Assembly: GCA_012295275.1 (NCBI GenBank)
Contig: CM022665.1
Coordinates: 44,330,001 to 44,394,000 of the forward strand
Direction of reading: 5' to 3'
DNA length: 64,000 nucleotides
From: Chrysomallon squamiferum
Taxonomy: Eukaryota; Animalia; Mollusca
In this document: positions 1 through 14,059 of the stretch, piece by piece
Numbering within the stretch: the first letter of the stretch is position 1
Layout: every line of letters begins with the position of its first letter
The notes under the pieces: model-generated
What the model saw: only the letters and a program-made list of their open reading frames with translations
The model's database searches: none
What the model was told of the DNA's origin: nothing
Program-made: the position numbers and the translations under genes

Positions 1-648
1 AAAAAGGTTGAACAAAAAATCCACGATTTTTTTTGCTGAAGTTTTGCAAAAAAAAAATCGTCAGGACACAAAATTTATTGTTCTGAATCTGTTTGCATGT
101 TTGTTTGTTTCTAGTTAATAAAATATATTTATATATCTGTCTATATAAACTTTTAAACTGATCTTTTTATATAAACAGCATATTAATTTCTCACTCATCT
201 TTTTTGACATGTTATTAAGTTAACAAGCACATAATATATGAAACTGTTTGTAATTAATATCAGAAAATATAACAAATTAATCATCTGCATGTTTCTAGAG
301 AAATTTCTGTCACTAACTGATCATCATTTATAATGTATCATCACAGTTACAAATCAGCAATGTCTGCCTCACATTTTCTGCAAGTATTTAGAGTTATTGC
401 CCTTGACTGCTCCTTTCCTGACAGTGAACCAGATTTGTTTGTATCATGTTCAGTTCATTTGCCATTTGTGAAACGTTTCTGTCACGAAACAAGAAAATAT
501 TGACACATACACAACCCAATCATGTAGATGGTTCAGTATCTGTATTCTGTTAGCTAATGTTGTTGTACTTGGTTAGTGATTTCTGTTAACAAAAAATAAA
601 AACAAAGGACAGGTAAGCGTATTTAAGATACTATTTTCCTGCTTGTAG

Positions 649-1553
649 CTCAAAGCCAAACTTGCAGATAAAGAAAAACATCTTGAGCATGAAATGGCTG
701 CTAATAAACAGCTCAGTCAAAGATTGGTAAGTTGAGGGTTCAGTTCCCAGTTCTGGTTTGAAACCATTTATTGGGAATTAGTATTATTTTTACTGTATTT
801 TCCCTTCCATTTTCATTATTATTATTATTATTAACTTTTTTTAATTGTTATTTTTATTTATTTTTCAAAAATTTATTTTATTTTTGTTTTGTTTTGTTTA
901 TTTATTTATATTTATTTATTTATTATTATTATTTTTTTTTTATTATTATTATTAAGCTGCCTTGAATTTCTTTTTCTTCTTCTTCTTTTTTTTTTTTTTT
1001 TTTTGTTATTATTTTAATTATTGTTGTTATCATAAAATTTGTAGGACATGCATTTTATAGGTGTTTTTTTTTAATTATCAGTTATGTAATTACTGTTTTT
1101 TTTCATTCCTTTTAGAATGGGTTTTTTTTTTTTTTTTTCATTTTAATTTGTTTGTTGTGTTTGTTTTGTTTTTTAATTCATTTATTTTTTATTTATTTTT
1201 GTTTTATTTTTTTTTTTTTTTTTCATAAATTTGCAGTGGGTTTCTTTTAAGTTTTGTTTTCAACATTATATTATGTTGTTGGGTTTTTTTTTTTTTCTTC
1301 TCCCTTAAACAATTTTTAATTTATCCTAGTAAGATTTTGGCTCTTTATGTTTTTCACAGGCTCAGCTAGGGGTTTCGGTAAGTAAATGAGGGCAGGTTTT
1401 GTTATTATATCATGAACTTTTTTTATTATTATTATCCACCTCATAATTTTACATCAGTCTTTTTTAATCATAATTTAATTTTAATTTTAATTTTTAATTT
1501 TTAAAAAAAAAATTTTTTATTTTATTTTAATTTTATTATTATATTATTTCTAT

Positions 1554-1619
<66 letters not shown>

Positions 1620-4600
1620 TATTAGTATTATTTTTTTTTTAATCAGTATTTTAAAGTTAAATTTTGAAAGATGTAATTGCCTTTGAGATTTAAGTCATTA
1701 TCTACATTAGCTTTTTGTGGTTTGGGTTATGTAGTTTATTATTTATTTTGATTTAGAAGCCTTTTTTTTATTTTTTTATTATCCATCTACATTGAAGATT
1801 TCTACATTTTATGATTTTGTTAAGAAAAGGTGGGCTACAGTTGTGCCAAAATTCATTATTACTCTATGATAGCACCATCTTACGTTTTTCAAAATATATA
1901 TAAAAATTTTAATTAAATTTATTTAAAAGTGTTTTCAAATCTAATATTCATCTTAGGGTTGTTCAAGTAATTGGTTTCTCCGTTTACTGAAACAAACATT
2001 TCCTAATCATAAATTTGTCTGTTGCAATTCATGGACGCTGTCTTCTGAATTTTTTATTAGTTATTAAACATGTTTTTCACCGATTTTCTTAAAAACCTTG
2101 AAATGTCATTGCCTTTTCTTAATAAAATGACCATTTGTTTGTTATTTAAATTTAGCAGCCTTATCAAGCTTAATATTTATCCATCTTCAAACAAGATTTT
2201 GACATATTTGATTTTAAATTTAGAAGTTTTTTGTTTTTGTTTTTTTAGCCTTTTCTTATTTTTATCCATCTTCAGTCAGTATTCTAAAATACTGTTTTAA
2301 ATTTAGCAGCCATTTTAAGCTTTGTTTTTTTTCCATCCACAAGCTAAAAAAGATTTTAACATATTTAATTTTAGCTTAATTTTATCCATATTCAGAAACT
2401 TAGAGCATTGAATATTCTCTGTTTCAGTTTCAGATAAAGTAAAAAAGTAATTTTCTTGTTTCTTCATTCAATGTTTGGCTTGGGATTCATTTTTTTTAAC
2501 ATAATTATTATTAATTTTTTCTTTTTTATATATTTAATTGATTAAATGTTTTTGGTTTGCAAGGCTTTCTGTTAATTTTCTTGAATATGCTGATGTGCAC
2601 TGGTATACTGCTGTTTTGGTTTACGTTTTAATTTTATCATTGATCAGTTTCACTTTTCTCAATATTTGCTGACTAACCGTTGGCTGGCTTGAAATATTTA
2701 ATAATAAAGATCATTATTTAATATATAGCAAGATTTTTTTTTCTTCGTCTTTCAAAAAAAAAAAATTTATAGTAACGTTTTGAAGACAAGTTAACTTTCA
2801 TTATGCTTTTTAAATGTTGTTTTGTCCAAGTCGAAATTGAGACTCAAATTATAAAATAAGATTATGGTTTTAGAAAAAATTATTTATTTATCTTAGGATT
2901 AAGCTGTAAAAAATAGTTGACCTTAATGTTCATCTTAGGGTGTTTCAAGTAATTGGTTTCTTGGTTACTGCAAACCAACCTTTCCTAATAATAAATGTAT
3001 GATATATTTGTGTGAATTCATCGATGCTGCCATGTTTCACTTTTAATCCATGCTTGTACTGTCGATTTGAGAAAACTGATTTTAGAGTTATATAAAAGTG
3101 AAAGACAAATAGCTTAACAATTACCTTGTATATTTCAAAAATAAAACATGGTGCCAAGACAAAAAGAACCCCCCGCAAAAAAAATCTATTTGATTTTTGG
3201 TTGTTATAATAAAATATAACAAAATACAAGTCTAAAAAGATGCATAGATGCATGTATAAATGTATGTATATGTATGTATATGTATGTATATGTATGTGTG
3301 TGTTTTGTGTGTGTATCTCTCTCTGTCTCTCTCTATATATATATGATGGTTACGGAAAATTTCCCAGTGGTTCACGCACTTTATTTTCTTGTTATCATCA
3401 GTAAAGATTTCACACCTACAAAATACTTTTGTCATAAAATGCACATACTGGTTTCTTTCATATCATTAAAAATAAAGTAATTTACATGTAGATAGAAGCT
3501 GGTCTTTATTCTTGCTTGTGGCAGTCAGGTAGATAGATTACTGTCAGTAACATTATATCTGGCTTTAATCATCCATCACTGCATTATTTTCATTATTAAC
3601 GGACCACTAATCCTTTGATTTTAACATTTAACATTTGACAAGTGTTTAAAATATCTTCTGAATAAGTCTTAACACATTCTCATATAAACAACAACAACAC
3701 AATATTCTTATTCAGAACGTTATTGCATATACATATGTGCTGATGTTTTATTCATACACACATGCATATGCCTATACATATTTACATATATGCTGTGAAT
3801 AAATAAGCATACAAATTTACATACATGCATATCCACACATATGCATACACATTTATATATTGTAAGCATTCACACATTCATTTGTTTATAAAAACAAACA
3901 TGGCTATAACTAGACTGTTTTTGAGGATCATGGATGCTTCAAACAGTAACTGTAGACATAAAGGAATTCATTTAGTGGCTATTGTTTCTGTTGGAATAGA
4001 GATCTATATTTTATATTTTTTAAATAAAATCTTTGTATTAAAAAAAAACAAAAAAAAATTAAATTAAAAATCATCAATTTTGGAATGCCTGAATTTAGTT
4101 ATGGTATGACATACATACATACATAGACACATACAAACAAAAATACATCAATTTAAATCAGTTTATTATATTTTAAACGTATGCAAATTATTCTTCTCAC
4201 TGCAAACAAGTTCTGTCTGTATCTTAATAATAATTATAAAATTGTTTAACATGACATTTAAATTAACAGATAAATGAATTTTAACGTTACTAATTTATTA
4301 CATATTTATCTGATTGGATCAACTACTAAAACCAAAAAAAAAATCAGAAATTAAAAAAAAGAAAAGAAAATGTTCACTTCACTGTAAGCAGTTTGTGTGT
4401 CTCCATGCATGGTTTCCATGGTTACAGAATGTGGCATGCTCTAACATACTTGTGCTTTGGAATTTTGTTATTTTTCAAAAGAACACTAATTTCTGGTCAT
4501 ATCTCTAAAATGATGTTATGGTTGTTATTTTTACTGTTATTATTGTTGTTGTTGTTATTATTATTATTATTATTATAATATTATTGTTTATTAATTAACA

Positions 4601-5088
4601 GGAATTTTTTAGTAATAAGTTGTTTTTAATACTTTGCATATAATGTTATAGATATTTATTTATTTTACATTAATTGTTTTTGTTTTTTTATTATTATTAT
4701 TATTATTACAATATATAAATATCTTAAATTTAAAAATAAATCATCTATTTCTTCTATATATTATAACATACATATTTTCAGTTTAAAAGGTCTGTTCATT
4801 TCAGAATAGTATTTTAGTAAGAGTTCAAGAAAAACATGTATTTCTGCACAAAAGATGTTTAAATTTTGTAAATATAAAAAATTTTAAAAAAGAAAAAAAA
4901 AAGAAAAATAGAATATTTATTTTACAAAAATGCATTAATATAAAACAGAACTAAACATTTTTAAAGAATATTCTATAGATTTTCATTTATTTATTTACAA
5001 ATTTATTTATTTTGAAAATGAAAAGAAAGAGATAAAATTTAAAATAATAATTTCAAAATGTGTTTGTTTTTTTTTTTTTTTTTTTTTA

Positions 5089-5128
<40 letters not shown>

Positions 5129-5210
5129 TAATTTAATTATTTAATTTCATTTTGTGTTTTTTTTTTTTCAGACTGCATTAGTTGGAAATGATGTTGGAAC
5201 ATCAGTGTAA
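649..5210 (+). CDS. RRBP1: 3' end (last 3 coding exons) of a ribosome-binding protein 1 (p180)/kinectin-like coiled-coil protein; 5' part lies upstream of the window
   Basis: Phase-0 exons 649-726 (LKAKLADKEKHLEHEMAANKQLSQRL, coiled-coil-like), 1360-1377 (AQLGVS) and 5172-5210 (TALVGNDVGTSV*). Each has a pyrimidine-tract AG; the first two have GTAAGT donors. The C-terminus GTSV* matches my recollection of human RRBP1 (...KEGTSV). Only 44 aa are visible, so the exons are better supported than the name. Confidence 0.6.
3235..3447. repeat. Interspersed repeat, copy A (~200 bp)
   Basis: Reverse complement of ~49446-49625: gatggttacggaaaatttcccagtggttcacgcactttattttc...cagtaaagatttcacacctacaaaatacttttgtcataaaatgcacat matches atgtgcattttatgacaaaagtattttataggtgtgaaatctttactga...gaaaataaagtgagtgaacaactgggaaattttccataaccatc, including the flanking microsatellite. 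Confidence 0.85.
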
Positions 5211-5425
5211 CTTTGAACTTTGAACTTCGAAACCAGTGAGGTGGACAACAAATGTGTTTTAATAATCACTGATGTTGCTTGTATTTTACCTGTACTCATA
5301 TCACCTGTCTTTCTGCTATCACAGATATATATCACCTGGATTAATTACTGACATTGTATCTACATCCGTTGTTAACAGAGAGGCAGTGACTTTTGTTTTA
5401 ATTTTTAAATTTTATTTTAATTTTA

Positions 5426-5470
<45 letters not shown>

Positions 5471-5682
5471 CATCATTATTATTTTGTTTATACTGAACAT
5501 GTTTGGTATTTTTCTTTGTAAAAACTAGATAAAGTGTTTTTTCTCTCTGCTATGATTAACTTATTCTCAGGTAAAAACAGCTTACCTTTCCATTTACTAA
5601 CACGTTCAGGTTAAATTTATTATTTGTTTTCTGTGTAACAAACTTTTTAAAAAATCTGATTGTTTTATTATTATTATTGTTG

Positions 5683-5714
<32 letters not shown>

Positions 5715-7166
5715 TAATTTGCAGAAATGATCCGCATTTGTTATTTTTGTTTCCAAGAGTTAGAGTTGAATTAATTGAATAAGACAACAAAATGGATTTA
5801 TTTCAGTAAGGCAAACATTGAGTATCCTCTTGAAGTTGAATAAAGGTTTGTTCATTCACAGTTAGGCAAAGATAGATTAATATGCAGTAAAAAACAACAA
5901 CTTTGAATTAAAAATTAAAAAAATTAAAAGGTTGATTTCTTAAACATAATACGTTTAATGTTTTTTTGTTGTTTTTTTTCTGATTATTTTTCCTTTTGTT
6001 TTCATTTTATTATCATTCTTTTTTCATTTTTTTTTTTATTTATAATGTAATTAATTGTTTTTTTGTTTTTTTTCAAACAATATTTTGGCTTTTCATGTCT
6101 TCCTTAGAAAGTAGACATTTGATGAATTCTGTAAAGAAAATATATTGCATTGTACATAGTATATTTAGGCTTGTTTTTTTGTTTTATTGCAAATTTTACC
6201 AATTATGAAATGGCCTTGAAATTTACAATATATTTTATCAATGTTAATGAAATATGAAATATAATAATTGTATATTTTATATATAATAATGTTTGTGTTT
6301 TTTTTGAAAAGATAAAATAACAATGCTAATGCATGAAAACTTTAATTTTATTTTTATTGGAATGATAATGCAAAGCTTAAAAATTATGTTACGTTTTGGT
6401 TTATAATGATACTTAAGGATGATTTTGAATTTTGAATGTATGTACAGAATTATCTGAACAGTAAAGGTTGTTTTATGACAAATGATAAATTTTTGTTTCA
6501 TTACGTTTTGAAATTTCGAATATCTGTCTAGATATTGTTTAGCCAATGGAACAGAAAATGGTCTTTTAGAATAAAATTTAAAAAAAGATATTTTTTTTTT
6601 TTTTTTTTTTAATGTCTGAATGTTGTTTTTTTTTTTTTTAATGCTATAACGAATATTGGCATTTATCTGATTATTCAAATTTAATATAATTAGAAAAAAA
6701 AAAAGTTTGTTGCTATCCACATCAAATGTTTTTTAATTGTTCACAGGTTTCAGAATCATAATTTTTTCTCTGTCTTTTGACACAAATAAGCTTATTATAG
6801 ATAAATTAGAATTAAAAGTAAACATGAGTAATGACTAGTCATATATATTCTGAACAGTATGAAACCAAAGAGTACTGTTACATTCAGAAAGGCAGAAAGG
6901 AATTAATGTTTTATTGGTATCAAAGAAAAAGACTTCAAATAATGAGCCAAAAATAGAATCAGAGAAAAATTATCTCCCTTTTTTTTTTCTTGGAACTTGC
7001 TAAAATTTCAAAATGTTGTAATTTTCTGAAAGGACATTCTGCTTATTAGCTTTATTTGTTTTTGTTAACAGAAGGTGATCAAAGATAAATAAAAAAAAAA
7101 AAAAAAAAAAAAAATATCAAATTAATCATGAAATTGTAAATTCACATACTGAATTTTTTATTTTAA

Positions 7167-7197
<31 letters not shown>

Positions 7198-7399
7198 GAA
7201 GGGACCATTAGAAATCGTGAAGTGTGATTGCTCATTGAATTTACATTATTTCTGTTTTATTTATAAATATGTTGTCTCGCAGGATGTGATTTGACTTCTG
7301 AGACTAATCAGCGAGGTTGGTGTAGTTTGCTGATTTGTGACCGTTTAATTTTATTTTTAAAATTTCACAGACTGTCTAGCATTTGTGTACCAGTCTGTC

Positions 7400-7485
7400 T
7401 GTTTTATTTTATTTGTTTATTTATTATTATTTATTTATTTATTATCCTTTATTTGTATTATTATATTTATTATTATTATCATCAT

Positions 7486-7524
<39 letters not shown>

Positions 7525-7563
7525 TGTATGTATTTGTTTGTGTATTTATTTATTTATATATTT

Positions 7564-7614
<51 letters not shown>

Positions 7615-7656
7615 TTTTTTTTTTTTTTTTATTTATTTATTTATTTATTTATGTAT

Positions 7657-7715
<59 letters not shown>

Positions 7716-7717
7716 TA
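7400..7717. repeat. Imperfect (ATTT)n microsatellite
   Basis: Read directly; it produces the spurious FIYL-repeat ORFs in all three + frames. Confidence 0.9.
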
Positions 7718-10700
7718 AACCACGTTGGTTGCTAAATGGAAGTTTATTTCACATCCTGCATCCTACCTATTGTATTCATTTTATATTGCTTTTTATGTAA
7801 GGAAACAAGTTTATTCCTGATTTTATTTTTAAATATAATTTTTTTTGTTTTTTCCAGTTTTCAAGTCATCCAAAAAAAAAAAAAAAGGTTGTCACATTTG
7901 AAAGATTGTTTTAAAGTTGATTAAAATACTTTGTATTCTATAACTAATTGGAACTGAAAGTTTGTTTTGTTTTTTAAGTAATTTATAAATAATATAAATG
8001 ATTTTCTGCGTTCAAAACTGCTTTAATAATGTCTTCACACACATCCGTCCCAGAATCTGGAATTATTATTTTTATTATTATTATTTTTTCAAGCAACTTA
8101 TGACATAATGTGTATGAAAATGAGCTGAAGGAACAATTTCCTTCTTTAATTATTATTATTATTTTTTTTATTATTTTTTTTTGTTCATTATAACTTAAGC
8201 AAACAATAAAATAAAAAAAAAACACTGCTGAACATTATTATTATTATTTTTTTTCATCTTTGTAAAACAGCCATGAATATGAAAGATACTTAGCCTTAAC
8301 AAAAATATTAATATGCATGTGAGAACTTACAGAATAATTTTATAAAAAGAAAAAAAAAGGAGAATTATATTATTATAATCCTTGCTCATTTAACAGGTGC
8401 ACAAGAAAAAAAAAAAAATGTCCTAAGCATAATTGATATACACTGATATAGAAATGATATGGTAATAACAAAATTCACTAGGAACTATTGTTTTAATTAA
8501 ACTCTTATTAAAGTGTGTATTTAAACATAATTTCCTTAGGGTTTTTTTTATTTAATTTGGTATTTTATTTCTTCACTACTCTATCACATATGTACTATCT
8601 TGTACGCTGAATGATTTGTACGTACATTTGAAACTGCATTTAGTTTTTAATTCAAACATCAGCAGTTGCTAATTACTGCAGCATTAATGTTCATTGATGT
8701 TTGTCTATATATACACACATATATATATATATAAAATCTTGCCAGTCTTTCTATACAAATATATTTTGATTTTGTTTGTCATTTTTGTTAACGAGAATTT
8801 ACAGGTAAATGTTTATTTTATGTGAAATAATTATGTAAATTATTTCGAGTTGAGTAATTTAATTGGTGATGGTGCTTTTTAATTTTATAGCATTAAAATA
8901 AATTTGAAAAATAAAAAAAATGTTAATTTTCTTTCCATGAGTTACGATGTTGAAATGGCAAGACTGAATTATGATTTCAGTTTGATTTTAGAAATTGTAA
9001 ATTTACAGATATATTGATTTAAATTTGATTTCAATAATTGTAAAACTTACAAGTGTATTTTGTAGTTGTATAGATTGATTACGTTTTGATGATTAATATA
9101 AATATTGCACAGTTCTTTTCAAATTGATGAAAACAAAATTCAAAATCTTTTTTTGTGTTGGAAATGTATGAAGAGATGATTATTTAGTTTTTGCATTGTT
9201 ATAGAATGGAATAATAAATAAAACAAATCATCATACAAATAAGGAATTAGATTTTAAAAATCCAGAGAAATGATATTAAATGGTTTTGACACAAACAATT
9301 GGAAAAAGATTTGAACAGAGATTAAAAAAAAATCTTACCAAGAACAAAATAAACTAGCTAAGGATTGGGCTTAGGTAAAAAGTTTAAACATTTGGCAGTG
9401 ACAAAAGTTAAGACAACAGATTGTGAAAAAAAAAAAAAAAATTTTTTTTTAACCATTTTCTATTCTCAGGTTAGTTTGAATATTTTTTAAATTATGTAGA
9501 TATTATTTTCTTTACTGTTGAAAACAAAAATGTTAAAAATTGTAATATATTTTTTTTCTTGTTTCTAACAGCGATAAATGTTTGTTGTTTACCTTTGAAT
9601 TCAGTGTATAATGAAATAATTGTGATTCACTAGTAGTTGTAGTTTTCAAAGAAGTGCAATACACTTTTTTTTTTTCTCTTTTTTCTTTTAATAGACTCAT
9701 CTAATAATTAGTTTTGTTATAAACTAATGAAGTAGAAAAATAAAATAATACAAAGTGAATTATATGAGAAAAAGTTTGATCTTCCATGCATAAATTGATT
9801 TTTATTAAAAATGGCTTAATTTGAAAACATTGGGCAGATTGCAGTATTCTTATTAAGAATAAAAATGATTATTAAAAATAGTATGTGCTACCTTTTTGAA
9901 AGGATAAAATTTAGAAATAAACACTGTAGGAGTTCATGAGACCATGGCACCATTTTTATATTTTAAAAACAATTATAAAATAAACATAAAATATCCTACC
10001 TTTTCAGAGAATATAATTCATAAATGAAATAAAGACTGTACGAGATCATTATCAAGAAGATGGAACCATTTTTAGGTTTCTAAAAACATTTTAAAAATCA
10101 TGATTTTTTTCTGGATGTTTTTTTTTTTTTTTTTTTTTTTGCATGCTTGGAAAATAATGGAGCAAAATAATTAAATTCTGGACAGAACGTAATCTAAATA
10201 TTGAAATTTAAAAAAAAAAAACCAGAAAAACATTGAAAAATGTAATTAATTTTGTTTTAACTTTAATTTAAATATATCTAAGCTTGAATTTAATTTTGTT
10301 TTGCAATGGTGTTCGGTACGGATGCATAATGGTGTTTATAAACAACTGCAATTGAAATACTCCACTGTATCTTATCTTGTACATGCTTTGCTTTTCTTTT
10401 TTTTCTTTTTTAAAATTGGCATTAAATAATTCTTTGCAAAAATTAGAAGAAGTAAAACTGCAATATTATTATTTTTTTTTTTTTTAAATATATGGTTTAG
10501 GGTTTCGCTCATAAATTGCCTTGCTGTAGTCATTTTTAAAGTAGAACAACTCCAGTAAAGACTGGTTTATTTCTTAGGTAAATTTTAGAATTTAAAGTGT
10601 ATTTATATATTTATTTTTGCTAATGACGGTTTAAGTTCTGTATTAACCACACAAATCAACACTTACTTGCATGGCTGTCTTCATATTAAAACCTCAAAAA

Positions 10701-12489
10701 AACAACTTACTTCATAACATCACAGCATTTTACAATTTATTTTTATAATGGTAAAAATTGATCGTAACAAGAATTTAAATTTCATGAAAATGTTTTTTCC
10801 CAAAATGATAATGTTACAATTTTTGTTGTTGTAGAAATTAATTTTCTTAATGTGTAATGATCATGACCCCAAAAAAAGCATTAGCAGCTTAATTCCCAAA
10901 CTCCAGTATATTACATTTGCTGTATAAAAGAACTTTCCAAAACTATTGACACCCACCAGGAGATGCTTCCTACTACAGTTATTGGTGCAGCATAATTCTT
11001 ATTCATTTTTGGCACAATGTAAGTGAAAGGATTGAAAAAAACATTTACATATTTTGTTTGCTTATTTTCATCCATGCTTCAGATAATTTTTGTTTGGTGT
11101 AAAAGTGTTTTTGTCTTAAATGGATAATTGTTTTTCATTTCAGTGTTAAAAATGCAATTTTTTTTTTTTTTTTAGACTGGGACCAAGTTGTATGCAAATA
11201 GGACCACATTTGAACACCATTTTTGTTAAAAGTGTGTAGTAATAATAATAATAATTGCTGCTGTTATTATTAAATGAAAAGATTTTTGTTGCAGTATTTT
11301 TGTAAAAAAAAACAAACATTAAAAAAGATTAATAATAAAAATCTTGCTTAGATAAATGATAATGATGTCAGTGTTTTTATTGTTGGATAAAAAGCAATTA
11401 TGGCTGCAGTGCAAATTTGGGTGTTAGATTTCTAATATTGAAATTTTTTGTATATTTTATAAAGACTTCTTTTTTTTTTTTTAGTAAATTGTATTTTGTC
11501 ATTGTTTATAATGTCCATACTTCACAAAACAGCTGAAAAAAAAAAAAAAAAAGGTACAGGTTGTTTTTATTTATCTTTCTCTTCTTTTTTTTTTTTTTTT
11601 TTTTAAACCAAGGCTTTATTCATCATCATAGCACAACTGAAATTCTTTTTTAATTTTGGAAAAATGTTTCTTAATGATGCAATATATATAGAAATATAAT
11701 AATCTTGCAGATTGCTGTTTTTAAGATGTTAAATATTTTCACAACTTTCATGGCTATTCGAATGTTTGAAGAAGTGTTCTGCTTGCATATGTAGTAATTT
11801 TTTTATTCATATTGAAATAAAATCTTGACAAGTGATCATGTTTATGCTAACAGGTGACATTACTGTTTTACTTTTTTAAGTAATATTTTTGTTCAGGTTA
11901 AATCTGTTATGAATGCCATTTTGTAAGTAATAAGTCTTGCTGTGAAATATAAAAACAATATCGATTTTTTGGGGTTTTTTTAAAAACTAAAATAATAAAT
12001 TAAAAAATGTTATTGACACTGCTAAGTAATCATTTCAGGACAACTGTTTTCCATTTAGAATATATCTTATAAATTTACAAAGTAAAGAATTTGAAATTTT
12101 CTTTAACAAAATGCATTTTTGCCCACAAAATTCAAGTTAATTTTTATTCAAGGGTTTGTCTTTTTATTTATTATATTTATTTATTTATTTATTTATTTTT
12201 AGGAGATGTGCTAGACAATTCTAGTGCTTTCTTATTTTATCCTGATAATGAAATTATTTTGTTATTAAAAGCTTAGGCTCTTTCAGATTTGATATTGAAA
12301 TTTCTTCTTCCATACCAGATACAATACTGGAAATGTTTTAAAACACTGTATAAGCTTTTAGTTGATAAATGTAGCAAAGGATTAGTTAAATAATTTCATA
12401 CTGTCGACATTGTCAAGAGTTCAAATGCACATCCAGCTATTGTTCAGTAACAAACATTAAAAAGAAATGATAAAAGTTTGCTGTTGAGG

Positions 12490-12775
12490 TAATGAAAATT
12501 GAATAAAACACTGTTGTAATGATGATGATGATAATGATGAAACACTTATGAAAAAAAAAGAAATATGATGTAACAATAATGAAACAAATAAAAACATTGT
12601 TGAAATAATGATAATGATGATGAAATGTTCTTAAATGATAAAGAAATATGATATAAGGACAATGAAACTTGAATAAAACTTTGTTGTAATAATGATGATG
12701 ATGAAATAGTTATAAATGATAAAGAAATATGATGTAATGATAATGAAAACTTGAATAAAACTTTGTTGTAATGAA
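12490..12775. repeat. Degenerate tandem repeat, ~82-bp unit, 3-4 copies
   Basis: aagaaatatgat recurs at ~12559, ~12641 and ~12722, each followed by aatgaaa(c)..aataaaa..ttgttg.aat.atga-like blocks. Confidence 0.75.
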
Positions 12776-13708
12776 TTCAAACCAATATATGTGTAAAATG
12801 CAGACAAATCAGTGACAGTTGGAAAAACGGTGAATGGCGGCATTCAACTTACAGTGTGTGTTTTGTAATGGTGACCTGCCTGAAGAGCTCAGTCAATAAA
12901 CTTGAAGCTCATAAAGTTGTTGTTTGTTTTGTTTACCGTCTTATATTTTTAATGATTATTATTATTAATTTATTTTTTAATGCTATGTTGTTGGTTTTTT
13001 GTCTTTTACTACATAATTAAATTTCAGTCATTCCCATTATCTGAAAATTGTAACAAAAGCTGATGGAAAACTCCAGATGTCAATGGGAGCATTTGTACTA
13101 CCTTGTTTTTAATGAATGAAGGTTTGGGAAGTATATTTATAAGATTTGTTATTAGTTAAGAATAATGTACTTATAACACTGCGATAGTATAAAAATTTCT
13201 AGATTATCTTTTAAATATTTAACTAGAAACTAATAATTTATATAACCAAAAATGATAATTGCATCACAAAATAATATTTCTACATATTTTTTGGTTTTTT
13301 TTTGTATTTAAAAGAAAATTAATATTTAAAAAAAAAAATGAATCGTTACTTTTTCTAGTAATTAAACTTTTTTAAATATTGGCAGAGAACACCTCACAAT
13401 TTGATACCCAATTTTACACCACCTGCTGAATGAGAGATTATCTTGAACTATGTTTAGATACTTCCATATAAACAGTTTTATTATCCATTTTGAATTGCCT
13501 CTATTTTAAATTCTACCACAATTTGGGCAGTAGCAACATTGGAAACTGATTAATATGGATGATCTAGTTATTTAATTGGACAATTTCTGGAGAACATAAA
13601 GATTCTTTCTGTGACTGATTAATGAAAAGAATCAAGCTAGAAGAAAACTTAAAAAATATTTTGCTGGTTAAGGTAACAACAAAGACAAATAACATATTAC
13701 AACAAGTC

Positions 13709-13714
13709 TTTATT
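13709..13714 (-). terminator. Candidate polyadenylation signal of POLR2I
   Basis: AATAAA on the minus strand ~345 nt past the stop, followed by a GT-rich tract (gttatttgtctttgttgtt on the minus strand). Confidence 0.45.
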
Positions 13715-14059
13715 GCAATTAAATATCTGATTGTACATTATAAAAATAAAAAACAAATAACACTCATTTTCAATATTTTATAACCTTGTCTTTTCATGAA
13801 AACTTTTTCATCTGAACTTACTTTCTTGAAATACAAAAGCAATTCTTGTGACAGGGAGATTCTTGATTCCTTGCATCAACTGTGCTATATACTAATACAG
13901 CATTATCAAGTTATTCATGCTGTAATGTTACCCAATCTTCAGCAAATTTTGTTGAGCCTATCCAACAGTAGTTATGGATTTTTCTTTCTTTCTATTGAAT
14001 ATAATAACCAAAACACAGAGTTTTTCTCATCTTAAGTTTTCAGTGTTAAGTGACAACGT

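Noticed and set aside
577-618. Strong donor-like CAG|GTAAGC at 613, suggesting an extra RRBP1 exon
   Set aside because: It would leave a 36-nt intron before the 649 exon, and the candidate exon 577-612 has stops in all three frames.
7291-7800. Three overlapping ORFs of 111-169 aa (FIYL repeats)
   Set aside because: Translations of an (ATTT)n microsatellite, which has no stops on this strand.
5211-13700. Possible hidden gene in the 8.5-kb stretch between RRBP1 and POLR2I
   Set aside because: T-rich low-complexity sequence with no recognisable spliceable coding exons; best read as long 3' UTR plus intergenic DNA.
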